From: an uncultured delta proteobacterium
GTDB taxonomy: Bacteria; Desulfobacterota; WTBG01; CAIYCZ01; CAIRTM01
Assembly: GCA_963804955.1 (NCBI GenBank)
Contig: CAWDSQ010000001.1
Span: forward strand, 103,178 to 167,177
Direction of reading: 5' to 3'
DNA length: 64,000 nt
Part shown: in pieces, positions 52,992 to 63,345 of the stretch
Layout of the letters: every line of letters begins with the position of its first letter
How positions within the stretch are numbered: position 1 is the first letter of the stretch
Translations under genes and position numbers: made by a program
Notes under the pieces: model-generated
The model's database searches: none
Seen by the model: only the letters and a program-made list of their open reading frames with translations
Told to the model about the DNA's origin: nothing

Positions 52992-53068
52992 AGTCAGGAG
53001 CCAGGAGTCAGAAGCCGGAAGTCAGAAGCCAGGAGTCAGAAGTCAGGATTCAGAATTCAGAAGCCAGA
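52992..53068 (+). repeat. Tandem array of 11 degenerate heptamers, consensus A(G/T)(T/C)CAG(A/G)
   Basis: agtcagg agccagg agtcaga agccgga agtcaga agccagg agtcaga agtcagg attcaga attcaga agccaga. Confidence 0.9.
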
Positions 53069-53096
53069 ATAAAGAAGGTAGAATACAAAACTCCGC

Positions 53097-53465
53097 ATGG
53101 AAAAGAAAACGGCGAAAACATTTCAGGATCTGATTGTCTGGCAAAAAGCGCATTCCTTTGTTTTAAAGGCATATTCTTTCAGCCGCACATTCCCCAGGGA
53201 AGAAATGTTCGGACTGACAGCTCAATTCAGAAGAGCAGCGATATCCATAGCGGCAAATATCGCCGAAGGGTTTAAGAAGAGATCGAATAAAGACAAAGCT
53301 CGTTTCTACAACATAGCACAAGGCTCCATTGAGGAATGTCGATACTATTTGATTCTGTCAGATGACATAGGCTACGGGAGCAACCCTGCGTTGTATGCAC
53401 TGTTGGAAGAAACGAGTAAACTTCTGGAGTCCTATGTGGCTTCCATACAAAAAACTGAATTCTGA
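53097..53465 (+). CDS. Four-helix-bundle protein (23S rRNA intervening-sequence protein family)
   Basis: FQDLIVWQKAH...FPREEMFGLTAQFRRAAISIAANIAEG...FYNIAQGSIEE. Confidence 0.92.
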   Translation: MEKKTAKTFQDLIVWQKAHSFVLKAYSFSRTFPREEMFGLTAQFRRAAISIAANIAEGFKKRSNKDKARFYNIAQGSIEECRYYLILSDDIGYGSNPALYALLEETSKLLESYVASIQKTEF

Positions 53466-53515
53466 ATCCTTGTTGTTTGTTCTGCATACGGGCTGAATTC
53501 TGGATTCTGACTTCT
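53454..53515 (-). repeat. Inverted copies of the heptamer repeat downstream of the four-helix-bundle gene
   Basis: actgaat tctgaat ... gctgaat tctggat tctgact on the + strand, the reverse complement of the upstream units. Confidence 0.8.
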
Positions 53516-53536
53516 TTTTCAAAGGTTATTTATTAC

Positions 53537-54303
53537 ATGTCCCAACCTGAACCCCATATCACCGTTACCGATCTGACCATGGCCTATGGCAGCTATGTGC
53601 TGCAGCATGACCTCACCTTCACGGTCAACCGCGGCGATATTTTTATTATAATGGGCGGCAGCGGCTGCGGCAAAAGCACGCTGCTGCGGCATCTTGTGGG
53701 CCTGAAAGAACCGGCCAAAGGAAAAGTTGAGTACGGGTCCACAAACTTCTGGGATGCCGAGCCGGAGGAGCGCGACCGGCTCATGCGGGGCGTGGGCATA
53801 CTCTATCAGAGCGGCGCTCTCTGGAGCTCCATGACTCTGGCGGAAAACATCGCCATGCCTCTTAAGGAATATACCGGCCTGAGCACTGTCTGAAATAGGC
53901 GAGATCGTGTCGCTCAAGCTCGCGCTCGTGGGCCTTGCAGGGTTTGACGACTACTACCCATCGGAAATCAGCGGCGGCATGAAAAAGCGCGCAGGCCTGG
54001 CCCGGGCCATGGCCCTTGACCCCGATATTTTATTTTTCGACGAGCCTTCGGCAGGGCTTGGACCCGGTAAGCGCCAAGCAGCTCGATGATCTCATTCTCC
54101 AGCTGCGCGACAGCCTCGGGTCGACCATCGTTGTGGTGACCCATGAGCTTGCGAGCATTTTCGCCATCGGCAATAACTCGGTATTTCTTGACCCTGATTC
54201 CAAGACCATGATCGCCGGGGGCGATCCCAAAAAGATGCTCAAGGAATGCCCCGACCCCAAGGTGCAGACTTTTTTGACCCGCGGGGCTACGTTTCATACA
54301 TAA
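53537..54303 (+). CDS. mlaF: MlaF-family ABC ATPase; frameshifts near 53885 and 54060
   Basis: GGSGCGKS; YQSGALW; [19 protein letters not shown]; FFDEPSAGL; VVTHEL. Confidence 0.9.
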
Positions 54304-54330
54304 CAGCTCTCTGGCAGGAGGAATTATACG

Positions 54331-55283
54331 GTGAGCAAACAGGTGAATAAAACGCTCATAGGCGGATTCGTCGTCGGCGCGATCGCACTGCTGGTTGTGG
54401 CGCTGGTGATTTTCGGCTCCGGCGAATTTTTTCAAAGCGCGCGCCGACGTTTGTCATGTACTTTGAACGCTCGGTCAAGGGGCTCGAATGTGGGCTCGCC
54501 GGTGAACTTCAAAGGCGTTCCCATCGGGGCGGTGACCGACGTGCAGCTGCAGTTCAACGTCAAGGATCTGACGTCAAGATACCCGTGTTTGTTGAGCTGT
54601 ATCCCGAGCGCATGTCGAGTGATAGGAGGGGAGCGCAATATCAGGAATAGTCATACAGCGGCTGATCGACAAGGGATTGCGGGCGCAGCTCAAGATGCAG
54701 AGCCTGATTACCGGCCAGCTCATGATCGAGCTTGATTTTTATGAACAACAAGCCCGCCGTGTTCGCGGGCGACGGCAAAATTCCTGAAATCCCCACGATT
54801 CCCGTCAAGCCTGAAGAGCTTATCCCGGACGCTGGCAAATATTCCGTTCGACAAGATCGCCGAGAAGCTGACGAAATCCATTGAAGGCATCGAGCGCATC
54901 ATCAACTCGCCCGAGACTCGGCACGACGCTTACATCGCTTGCTGCGGCCATCAAGGATATACAGACCCTGGTGCGCAATGTGGACGAAAAGATCGGGCCC
55001 TTGACCAGGGAGTATGGCGCTGCTGGCCACTAATGCCAACGAAGAGCTCGACAAGGTCAGCGCCGCCGTGGCAAAGATGCTGGAAGCAGCTGAAAAGGCC
55101 TCCGATCAGGCAAACAGGCTTATGGTAAAAACCGCCGATGTCACGTCGGCAAACTCGCCCGTCGTGTACGAACTCACCCGCAGCCTGCAGGATCTCTCGT
55201 CTGCGGCCCGGTCGCTGCGCACCATGTCGGATACTATTGCGCAGCACCCGGAATCGCTTTTATACGGCAAAGGAGGAAAATAA
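54331..55283 (+). CDS. mlaD: MlaD/MCE-family protein; several frameshifts
   Basis: TLIGGFVVGA TM; VGSPVNFKGVPIGAV; coiled-coil tail ending PESLLYGKG. Confidence 0.85.
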
Positions 55284-55284
55284 T

Positions 55285-55886
55285 ATGAAAAGAAGAACAT
55301 CAGCGCTTTTTGTTTTCGGTACTTTGTCTTGCTTGTCTGCGCGGGATGCGCGCGCTCGGCGCCGACACATTTTTATCTGCTGCAGCCGCTGAGCGGCCAG
55401 GAAGCGCAGGTGCGGACGCCGGACAGGTATTTGTTCGGGATCGGGCCTGTCGAAATTGCGGACTATCTCAAGCGCCAGCAGATCGCCAATCGCATCGATG
55501 CAGAATGAAATTTTATTTTCCGATTTCAACAGCTGGGCAGAGCCCCTGGACAGATGCGTGACTACGCGTGCTTTCGGAAAACCTCTCCGTGCTGCTGAAC
55601 ACCGACACATGTCGAGACCTATCCCGTGGCTCCCGTCGCTTCCCGTTGACTACCAGGTGCGGATGCGTATTGTCCGTTTTGACGGTACAACGGATGAAGA
55701 GGCGGTTCTGGTCGCGTACTGGAGCATTTATGGCAGGGATGAGCGCCATGCTTGCAGATCGCAAATCCGTTGATCAGCGAAAAGATCGATGCGGGAGGCT
55801 TCGACGGGCTGGTGCAGGCTCAGAACAGGGCCCTTGAAAAGCTGAGCCGCGAAATAGCCGCGGCGCTGCAGAAAATCGCCCGATAA
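55285..55886 (+). CDS. pqiC: PqiC-like ABC auxiliary lipoprotein; several frameshifts
   Basis: Fragments FYLLQP, GIGPVEIADYLKRQQI, WAEPLD, IVRFDG..AVLVAYW; position after the MCE gene. Confidence 0.75.
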
Positions 55887-56086
55887 ATTTACTGACGATA
55901 TATGCACACTTAGTTCAAATCCCCACAAAAGAGGGAGCGAAAAAATTCCCCTTTTTCAAAGGGGGATTAAACAGCCAACTTATTTTTTTCGTATAAAATT
56001 AATAGTGCCCCCTTGTTTGCGGGGCGCTGTACTGAGAGGCTTGCGTCTATCAAGAGCGCCTGACGTGGAGCAGGGGGTATCGTGCC

Positions 56087-57103
56087 ATGAGGAGTATGAA
56101 ATCATTTTCCGAAATCTGCGCCCGCGCTGCTGCCGCCCTTCTTGTGGCGGTCATGACGCTGTGGTGTATGAGCGCCATCTACTATGCCGACTTTCAAAGC
56201 AGCACGGTGCGGGCGGCAGCGGCAGGCCTGTTCGGACTTGCAACCGTCTGCGGCTTTGCCTTTGTGCCGAACCGGCGCCGCACGCTGGCCTGTTTCCTCG
56301 TCGCCTTTGCCGTTACTGTGGCCTGGTGGACAACGATACAGCCCTCCAACCGCCGCGACTGGCAGCAGGATGTTGCCGTACTGCCCTGGGCTACGATACA
56401 GGGGCCTCTGGTCACGCTGCACAATATCCGCAACTTTACCTACCGCACCGAGATTGATTGTACTCCCCGTTATTATGACAAAACTTTTGACACTGCAAAG
56501 CTCAGCGCGGTAGATCTCATCGCCGTGTACTGGATGGGGGATGCCATCGCCCATATCATGCTCAGCTTCGGCTTTGGCGGCTCGGACTATGTGGTCTTTT
56601 CCATAGAAACCCGTAAGGAAAAGCACGAGGCATATTCCTCTATCAAGGGGTTTTTCAAGCAGTATGAGCTTATCTATGTAGTGGGCGACGAGCGCGACCT
56701 GATACGGGTGCGCACCGACTACCGCAGTCCGCAGGAAGATGTGTACCTGTACCGCCTGCGCATTGCGCCGGAGGGAGCGAGGCAGCTTTTTCTGGAATAT
56801 GTGAAAAAGATCAACCAGCTCCGCGGCGAGCCTGAATTTTACAATACCCTGACCACCAACTGCACGACCGATGTGGTTGCCCTGGCACGGGCCCTTGGCG
56901 GCGCTGTCAGGTACAACTGGAAAGTGCTGCTGAGCGGCTATGCTCCCGAGTATGTCTATGAGCTCGGCAAGCTCGACACCCGGCTGCCGTTCCCCGAACT
57001 CAGGCGGCAAAGCCTCATCAACCGGCGGGCTCACGAAGCAGGCGACGACCCGGCTTTTTCAGAAAAGATCAGGCAGGGGCTTCCCGGGGCTGACGGGCGG
57101 TAA
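56087..57103 (+). CDS. DUF4105 protein (Lnb N-terminal-like domain)
   Basis: Three TMs; IRNFTYR; AHIMLSFGF; SIETRKE; GDERDLI; YNTLTTNCTT. Confidence 0.85.
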   Translation: MRSMKSFSEICARAAAALLVAVMTLWCMSAIYYADFQSSTVRAAAAGLFGLATVCGFAFVPNRRRTLACFLVAFAVTVAWWTTIQPSNRRDWQQDVAVLPWATIQGPLVTLHNIRNFTYRTEIDCTPRYYDKTFDTAKLSAVDLIAVYWMGDAIAHIMLSFGFGGSDYVVFSIETRKEKHEAYSSIKGFFKQYELIYVVGDERDLIRVRTDYRSPQEDVYLYRLRIAPEGARQLFLEYVKKINQLRGEPEFYNTLTTNCTTDVVALARALGGAVRYNWKVLLSGYAPEYVYELGKLDTRLPFPELRRQSLINRRAHEAGDDPAFSEKIRQGLPGADGR

Positions 57104-57138
57104 AAGCGCAGCTTCGCAGCTGTTTTTAAGGCGATTAT

Positions 57139-60100
57139 ATGATCATGAAGAAAAAAAGCCTGATCGTCATCCTTGCCTGCGTCCTGGCTTTCACAGGCCT
57201 TGCAGTGTGCGTGCCGCTGCTTTTTGATCATGCCGTTCTAAAAAATAAAATCTCCCGCGAGCTTTCACGCGCTCTCCATGCCGATGTGCGAATAGAACGC
57301 CTTGGCCTTTCGCTGCTTATGCGCCCCCATCTTTCTCTGCATGGGGTGACGTGCAGTGTTCAGAAAAGCTACTCCCTTGCCATACAGGAGGCTTATATAT
57401 ATCCATCGCTGCAGGCCCTGCTTGCCGGAAAACTGGAGCCCGGGCTTATCAGCCTTGAGGCGCCGGAACTTCATTTTCAACTGCCCCGGCAGCAGGCTGC
57501 GGACAAGCCCGGCGCCTCCCCTGAAGAAAAACAAAAAAAAGCAGCCGCTTTCATTGAGGCAGCGATGCAGAGCATGCCTGCCTGCGAGCTTGAAATAAGC
57601 GACGGCACTGCAGGCATTGCAGCTGCCTGACGGCACGGAGTTTGTTTTGAATGCTTTTGACGGTGAGATGGCTCTCTTGGCAGGCGGGTGTGCATCTTTC
57701 TGTCAGCTGCGTATCGCAACTCTGGGAAAAACTGGCTTTTACGGCTCAGTATCGCCCTGCCACTGCATCCGGTGCTGAGGCTGAGGGCAGCGCGCCTGCA
57801 GTTCGTCTGGCTCTTGAGGCCCGGGCCATAGATATCCCCGCGAGCAGGGACATGCTCCGTGCCTTTGCAGGAACATATCCTCTGGTCAGCAGCATCTGCG
57901 AAAAAATACACGGCGGAGAAATTCGCTCTGTTTCCCTGACGGCACAGCTTCTTCGTATTTCCGATCCCCTGGCAAGCGCCGTTATCAGCGGTCGCGGCAG
58001 ATTTGAGAATATGCATGTGGCTTTTCCGGATATGGGCCTTGATGTGAAAGAGCTGGCCGGTGACTTCGAACTGGACAATGGCAGCATTGCGGCAACCAGT
58101 ATCAGTGCGCGGCACGGCAAGTCCCGCATACAGGAGTCTGTTGTGCGACTGGACAGGGCGCGCGGGTTTACACCATCTCTTTTTACCGCAGAATTCGACC
58201 TTGATCTTTCGGAAACCCCCGGCCTGCTGCATTTGATTCCGGCGCCTGCTGTGCGCAGCGAGATTGAGCGCATCAAAAACCCGCGGGGCACAGCGCGAGG
58301 AACATTCACGCTGCGCGCGGAAGGAGATGCCTATAGCACGGAGATAGCCGTTAAGGAACTGCTGCTGCAATCAGCCTACCGCAGTTTTCCCCCGGACCTT
58401 GAGCTGCGGCGGGGCATGTGCACCTACCGCGCCGGCCTGCTGTCATTTTCTGATTTTTCCGGTAAACTCGGCTCCTCAACGCTGCCGGATTTTTCGCTCT
58501 CCTTCAGCCTGCGCGATGATAATGATCAGTTCACTGCCACGGGAAAGGGAGCAACGGTAGCGCTTGGTGATCTGCACAAGATTCTCGCATCGTTTGAGCC
58601 CTCACGGGCTCTCATCGAGAACATAACGGGCGCAGACGGCAGGGTGCAGATTCAGGATTTCGCCCTGAGCGGGCCGCTGACAAAGACTGCAAAATGGAGC
58701 GTGGCGCTTGACGCAACCGTAGACAACCTCTCGCTTGCCGCAGCAGGGTTTGACGGCCCGGTAGCGGTGAAAAGCGGAGTTCTCAAGGCCGACCAGCACG
58801 CATGCATACTGTCGCAGGCTGATATGACCTTTCTTGACGCCACACTTGCAGGCTCCCTTACTCTTGAAGGGTATCTCGCAGGCCTGACCGCGGCAAAGGC
58901 CAATGTCCGCGGCACGCTGGGTGAAAAGGCCCTTGCCTCAGCCCCGGTCTATCTCGGCCTGCATCCTGCTGTGTCGCTGCGCGCCCCGGTAAAAATTGAG
59001 CAGTGCCGGCTTATCTGGCATCGCGGCGGGGTGACGACATGTGCCGCAGACTTTTCACTGGCCCGCAACATCAAGGCAGGCCTGAACCTGCGGGCAGACA
59101 ACACGACCCTTGAAATAAAAGAGCTCAAGATCAGCGATTCAGATTCGCAGTGCAGGCTGGGGATGAAAATCCAGGAAGATCTTGTTTCTATTGTCTATGC
59201 TGGCATGCTGAAGAAAGCAACTCTTGACGGCGCGCTGCTGCAAAATTCGTTTTTGCAGGGGTGGATACAGGGCGACTTCAAAGCAGCATTCAATCAAAAA
59301 AACCCACGAGCCTCCTCAGCCCGGGGAACGCTGAGCTGGGAGAAGGCCGGGTATCCGGCCTTTGATGCGTCACCCGTCAACATCACCAGCGCCTCGATTA
59401 TTGCCCGCGGCAGCAAGCTGGTCGTTGAGTCCGCAGGCCTCACGGCGGGGCAGGATTCTGCCGGCCTGGGCGGCAGCGTCGGCTTTGCTGACGAAGGTTT
59501 TGTGATGGACCTTCACCTGTCTGCCGACAGCATAGACCTGGATGCGTTTAAGAATCTGTTGCCCGGCGACAATGCATCATCGGGAGGCCCTGCCGATGAA
59601 TTCTGGGAAACACCCCTTCGGGGAACGGTCAGGCTGAAGGCCCGTGAACTCAAAAAGAATCCATTTGTGTGCATGCCATTCAATGCCCTTTTTTCCTTTG
59701 CCGATAAAGCGGTAACAATAACAACCGGGGATACGAAAATATGCAGCATTGCGCTTCCCGCCACAGTGCGGATAATACCGGAAGCCATTACGCTTGAGGC
59801 CCATCCCCGGGTTGTGAAAAGCCCCATGAAAGAGGTGTTCCAGTGCTTAACCGGCGAAAAGGCGATCATAACCGGTACGGTTGATATAGAAGGCTCTGTG
59901 CGGTCAGAGGGAAAACCCGATGCTTTGCTTGACGCCCTTGCGGGAAATTTTTCAATAACAGCTCAGGACGGGCGCATTTACAAGTCGGGCCTGTTTGCCA
60001 AAATACTGTCATTTCTGAGCATCTCGAACCTGCTCAGCGGCGGCATACGCGATATGGCAAAAGAAGGCTATGCCTACCAGTCATTGCGCATAGAGGGGGC

Positions 60101-60458
60101 ACTACAGGGGCAAACCATGCAGGTGCGCAAGGCAGTTCTTATCAGCAGCTCGTTTACCCTGGTCTGCCAGGGAACACTAAACCTTAAAAGCAGGGAGGTG
60201 GATCTTGATGCGCTGGCAACGCCGTTTCAGATTCAGAATCAGGTGCTTTCAAGAATCCCCCTGGTGGGCTCTGCTCTGAGTCAACCGATGCTTGGTGTGC
60301 CATTGAAAATAAGGGGCATGCTCGACGATCCGCAGATAAGCACCCGGGCAACCGCTGCCGTGACAAAAGGCCTTATGGATATCACCAAAGATGTCATAAA
60401 GCTTCCCATTAGAATTATAGACCCCTTTTTGCTGAAAAAATCGTCTGAAAAGGAATAG
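57139..60458 (+). CDS. AsmA-like large beta-rich envelope protein; frameshift near 57610
   Basis: N-terminal TM; long amphipathic beta pattern; AsmA_2-like tail (LSRIPLVG...KIRGMLDDPQI). Confidence 0.8.
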
Positions 60459-60647
60459 CCTTGCATGTGTCCGCTTATCACCAAAAGACAGTGGCGAAGT
60501 GCGCAGGGGACTTGCGCATCCTGGCAGCAGGCCCCGGGACAAAGGGCTTAAAATAAAGTAGTGTAATTTCTTTTGTTTTGTACTAGACATGTAGCCTATA
60601 CCCCATTATGGGGCATGAAGAGCATTCTGTTATACACGGGAGGAAGT

Positions 60648-62732
60648 ATGCGGCCGCATTTTTTTATCCGCCATAAAAAGATAGCCCAAGCATGCCTTCG
60701 ACTTTTGGTTTGTTGTCTTTTTCTCCAGCCAGCCACAAACGTATTGGCCCAAGCTGAAGCCATAAGCAAAGCCGACTTCACCACCTACAGCCTTCAAGAG
60801 CTCATGGACATGGAGCTTGTCTCGGCTGCAAAAAAGCCGCAGACGCCTTATGAAAGCGCTTCGGCTGTTTTCGTGATAACGCAGGAAGACATACGCCGCA
60901 GCGGCGCAGTGAACCTGCCCGAGGTGCTGCGCATGGCGCCGGGCATACAGGTGCTGCGGGCCGGGCCCGGCGTCTTTGCAGTTACCAGCAGAGGCTTTCT
61001 GGGTAAATACGCCAATAAGCTGCTGGTGATGATCGACGGCAGAAGCATTTATTCTTCCACCTATTCCGGCGTGTTCTGGTCATATAATGATATCATGCTG
61101 GAGAACATCGAGCGCATTGAAGTGATACGGGGCCCGGGCGCAACGCTGTGGGGCGCAAATGCCGTGAACGGCGTCATCAATATCATTACAAAAAGCGCTA
61201 AGGATATGCAGGGCGGCCTTGGCGTGGCCACCGTGAGCAACGGGGAAGGCTATGACGCCCTTCGCTACGGCGTCAGGCTGCAAGAAAAAATGTATCTTAC
61301 CGCCTACGGCAAGTACATGCATTTCGGCAATGTCATAAATGAAAAAATCGATGACCGGCGCCAGAAAAATGTCGGCGCCCGGCTCGACTGGGACATGACA
61401 GAGAGCGACAAGCTGTTTGTGTCCGCCCAGTATTTTGACGGTGATGAAAGCGGGAGCCTCAGCCGCCCGATTTTTATTCCCCCGCTGGTAAAAGCAGAAG
61501 TTGAAAATGAGGCTGAAACCACAGGCGGGCATTTTCTGTCACGGTGGGACCACACCTTTTCCCCGACCTCGGCCATGTCGCTGCAGGTCTATTACAATCA
61601 TACCTTCAACAGGGGCGACAGGTCGACCGAGTATCCGCCCGCCCGCGGCAGCAGCGACTTGAAAGATGATGTGGCCCGGGAAAGCGCCTCTGACATTGAT
61701 TTCCAGCATACCTTTGCTTTGGGCAGCCGCAACAGTATCGTCTGGGGCCTCAATGCCCGCTACACCAAACTGCACAAGCAGGATAGAAATATATTTTATA
61801 CGCTTCAGGACGAGACCGCGCGGCAGAAGCTCTACAGCTTTTTTGTCCAGGATGAGCTTGTGCTGGTTCCGGAGCGGCTTAACCTGATAGTGGGATCAAA
61901 ATTCGAGTATACTTCCTATACGCAGCTCGAAATTCAGCCGAGCATCCGTTTGCTCTATACGCCTTCGCAGACGCAGACCTTCTGGGCAGCGGTTTCACGG
62001 GCCGCGAGAACGCCGTCTTTTCTTGAAAATGAGGGCATTCTTCCCGCCGCTTTTGTTAAGCGCGGCAGCCTGTTTCCCCTGTCGCCGCCGGGCAAGGTCG
62101 AAATTCAGGGAACGGATGATTTCTCCTCGGAAGACCTCATCGCCTATGAGCTCGGCCACCGGGTGCAGCTGACGCCCCGCCTCTCCCTTGACACAGCTCT
62201 TTTCTATAATGTCTATGACAATCTGCGGACCTTCGAGCCGGCATCGATGCAGACCCGGCAGGGATATTTCATTGTTCCCCTGGCCGTTGACAACAAGATG
62301 GACGGCAGGAGCTACGGGGGGGAACTGGCCGCAAACTGGCAGGTGCTGCCGCAGTGGCGGCTGCAGACCACCTATTCATATATCAGGATGAATTTAACGC
62401 CCGACACGGACAGCCGGGACGGCACAGCCGAATATGATGAAGATTTGAGCCCTGAGAACACATTCACGCTCAGATCGCTGTACAGCATCACCCCGTCGCT
62501 TGAATGCGACATAAGCCTTTATTTTATGGATGGGGTTGAGCGCCTGAACAACCCGAGCCATACCGATCTGACCATCCGTCTGGGCTGGAAACCCTTAAAA
62601 AATCTCATAATAGAGGGCATCGGCTACAACCTGATCGACAATAAGTATAAGGCTTTCAGGGATGACATTTATGCCCGTGGCGACAATAAAGTGCGCAGGG
62701 TTTTTTACGGCAGGGTAACCGTTGAATTTTAG
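60648..62732 (+). CDS. TonB-dependent receptor
   Basis: SLQELMDMELVSAAK; VITQEDIRRSG; IERIEVIRGPGATLWGANAVNGVINIITK; C-terminal F. Confidence 0.93.
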   Translation: MRPHFFIRHKKIAQACLRLLVCCLFLQPATNVLAQAEAISKADFTTYSLQELMDMELVSAAKKPQTPYESASAVFVITQEDIRRSGAVNLPEVLRMAPGIQVLRAGPGVFAVTSRGFLGKYANKLLVMIDGRSIYSSTYSGVFWSYNDIMLENIERIEVIRGPGATLWGANAVNGVINIITKSAKDMQGGLGVATVSNGEGYDALRYGVRLQEKMYLTAYGKYMHFGNVINEKIDDRRQKNVGARLDWDMTESDKLFVSAQYFDGDESGSLSRPIFIPPLVKAEVENEAETTGGHFLSRWDHTFSPTSAMSLQVYYNHTFNRGDRSTEYPPARGSSDLKDDVARESASDIDFQHTFALGSRNSIVWGLNARYTKLHKQDRNIFYTLQDETARQKLYSFFVQDELVLVPERLNLIVGSKFEYTSYTQLEIQPSIRLLYTPSQTQTFWAAVSRAARTPSFLENEGILPAAFVKRGSLFPLSPPGKVEIQGTDDFSSEDLIAYELGHRVQLTPRLSLDTALFYNVYDNLRTFEPASMQTRQGYFIVPLAVDNKMDGRSYGGELAANWQVLPQWRLQTTYSYIRMNLTPDTDSRDGTAEYDEDLSPENTFTLRSLYSITPSLECDISLYFMDGVERLNNPSHTDLTIRLGWKPLKNLIIEGIGYNLIDNKYKAFRDDIYARGDNKVRRVFYGRVTVEF

Positions 62733-62768
62733 CGCATGTTTATTTAATTTTTTCTGTGACGAAGGCAC

Positions 62769-63344
62769 ATGGCTGAACTGAACACACAACTTAAAAAGCT
62801 GCGCCCTGCTCTCGGAGCAGTGCTCTGTGTGTGTGTATGGCTGTGTTCATGTGAACTCTGGGCTCAATCGGCTGCAGAGCAGGAACAGAACATAAAGGTC
62901 GGCTTTATCTATAATTTCGCCCTTTTTGCCCAATGGCCTGAAAAAGCTTTCAAAGACACTGCCTCTCCCCTTGCACTCTGTATTGCAGGAGACAAGGCTG
63001 CGGTACAGGCATTTGAACCGTTGACAACAAAAAAGATTCTGGGCCGGCCTGTCAGGGTACATGCCTTTGGCGATAATGCTACGCTCCACTCCTGCCATAT
63101 TATCTACATTAGCTCAACAAACAAAGCCGAAGCAGCCGATCTGCTGCGCCGCGCAAGCAGGCCCGGCGCTTTGACTGTGGGCGATCTGGACGGGTTCTGC
63201 CAGCTCGGGGGAATTATTAATTTTTACCGGGAAAACAACAAGCTGCGCTTTGAAATAAACACGGATGCCGCGGGGCGGGCAGGCTTAAAACTCAGCTCCC
63301 AGCTTTTGAAGCTTGCAAAAATCGTCAGGGAAGAGAAGCCGTAA
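62769..63344 (+). CDS. yfiR: YfiR-family (DUF4154) periplasmic protein
   Basis: IKVGFIYNFALFAQWP; CHIIYI; LRFEINTDAA..GLKLSSQLLKLA. Confidence 0.88.
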   Translation: MAELNTQLKKLRPALGAVLCVCVWLCSCELWAQSAAEQEQNIKVGFIYNFALFAQWPEKAFKDTASPLALCIAGDKAAVQAFEPLTTKKILGRPVRVHAFGDNATLHSCHIIYISSTNKAEAADLLRRASRPGALTVGDLDGFCQLGGIINFYRENNKLRFEINTDAAGRAGLKLSSQLLKLAKIVREEKP

Positions 63345-63345
63345 T

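Noticed and set aside
52992-53068. CRISPR array
   Set aside because: Units are contiguous 7-mers without spacers, and no cas genes are present in the window.
53097-53465. Diversity-generating retroelement (Avd-like fold)
   Set aside because: No reverse transcriptase and no TR/VR pair differing at adenines was seen.
55915-56030. Terminator or ncRNA after pqiC
   Set aside because: Degenerate CCCC...GGGG palindromes, too decayed to call.
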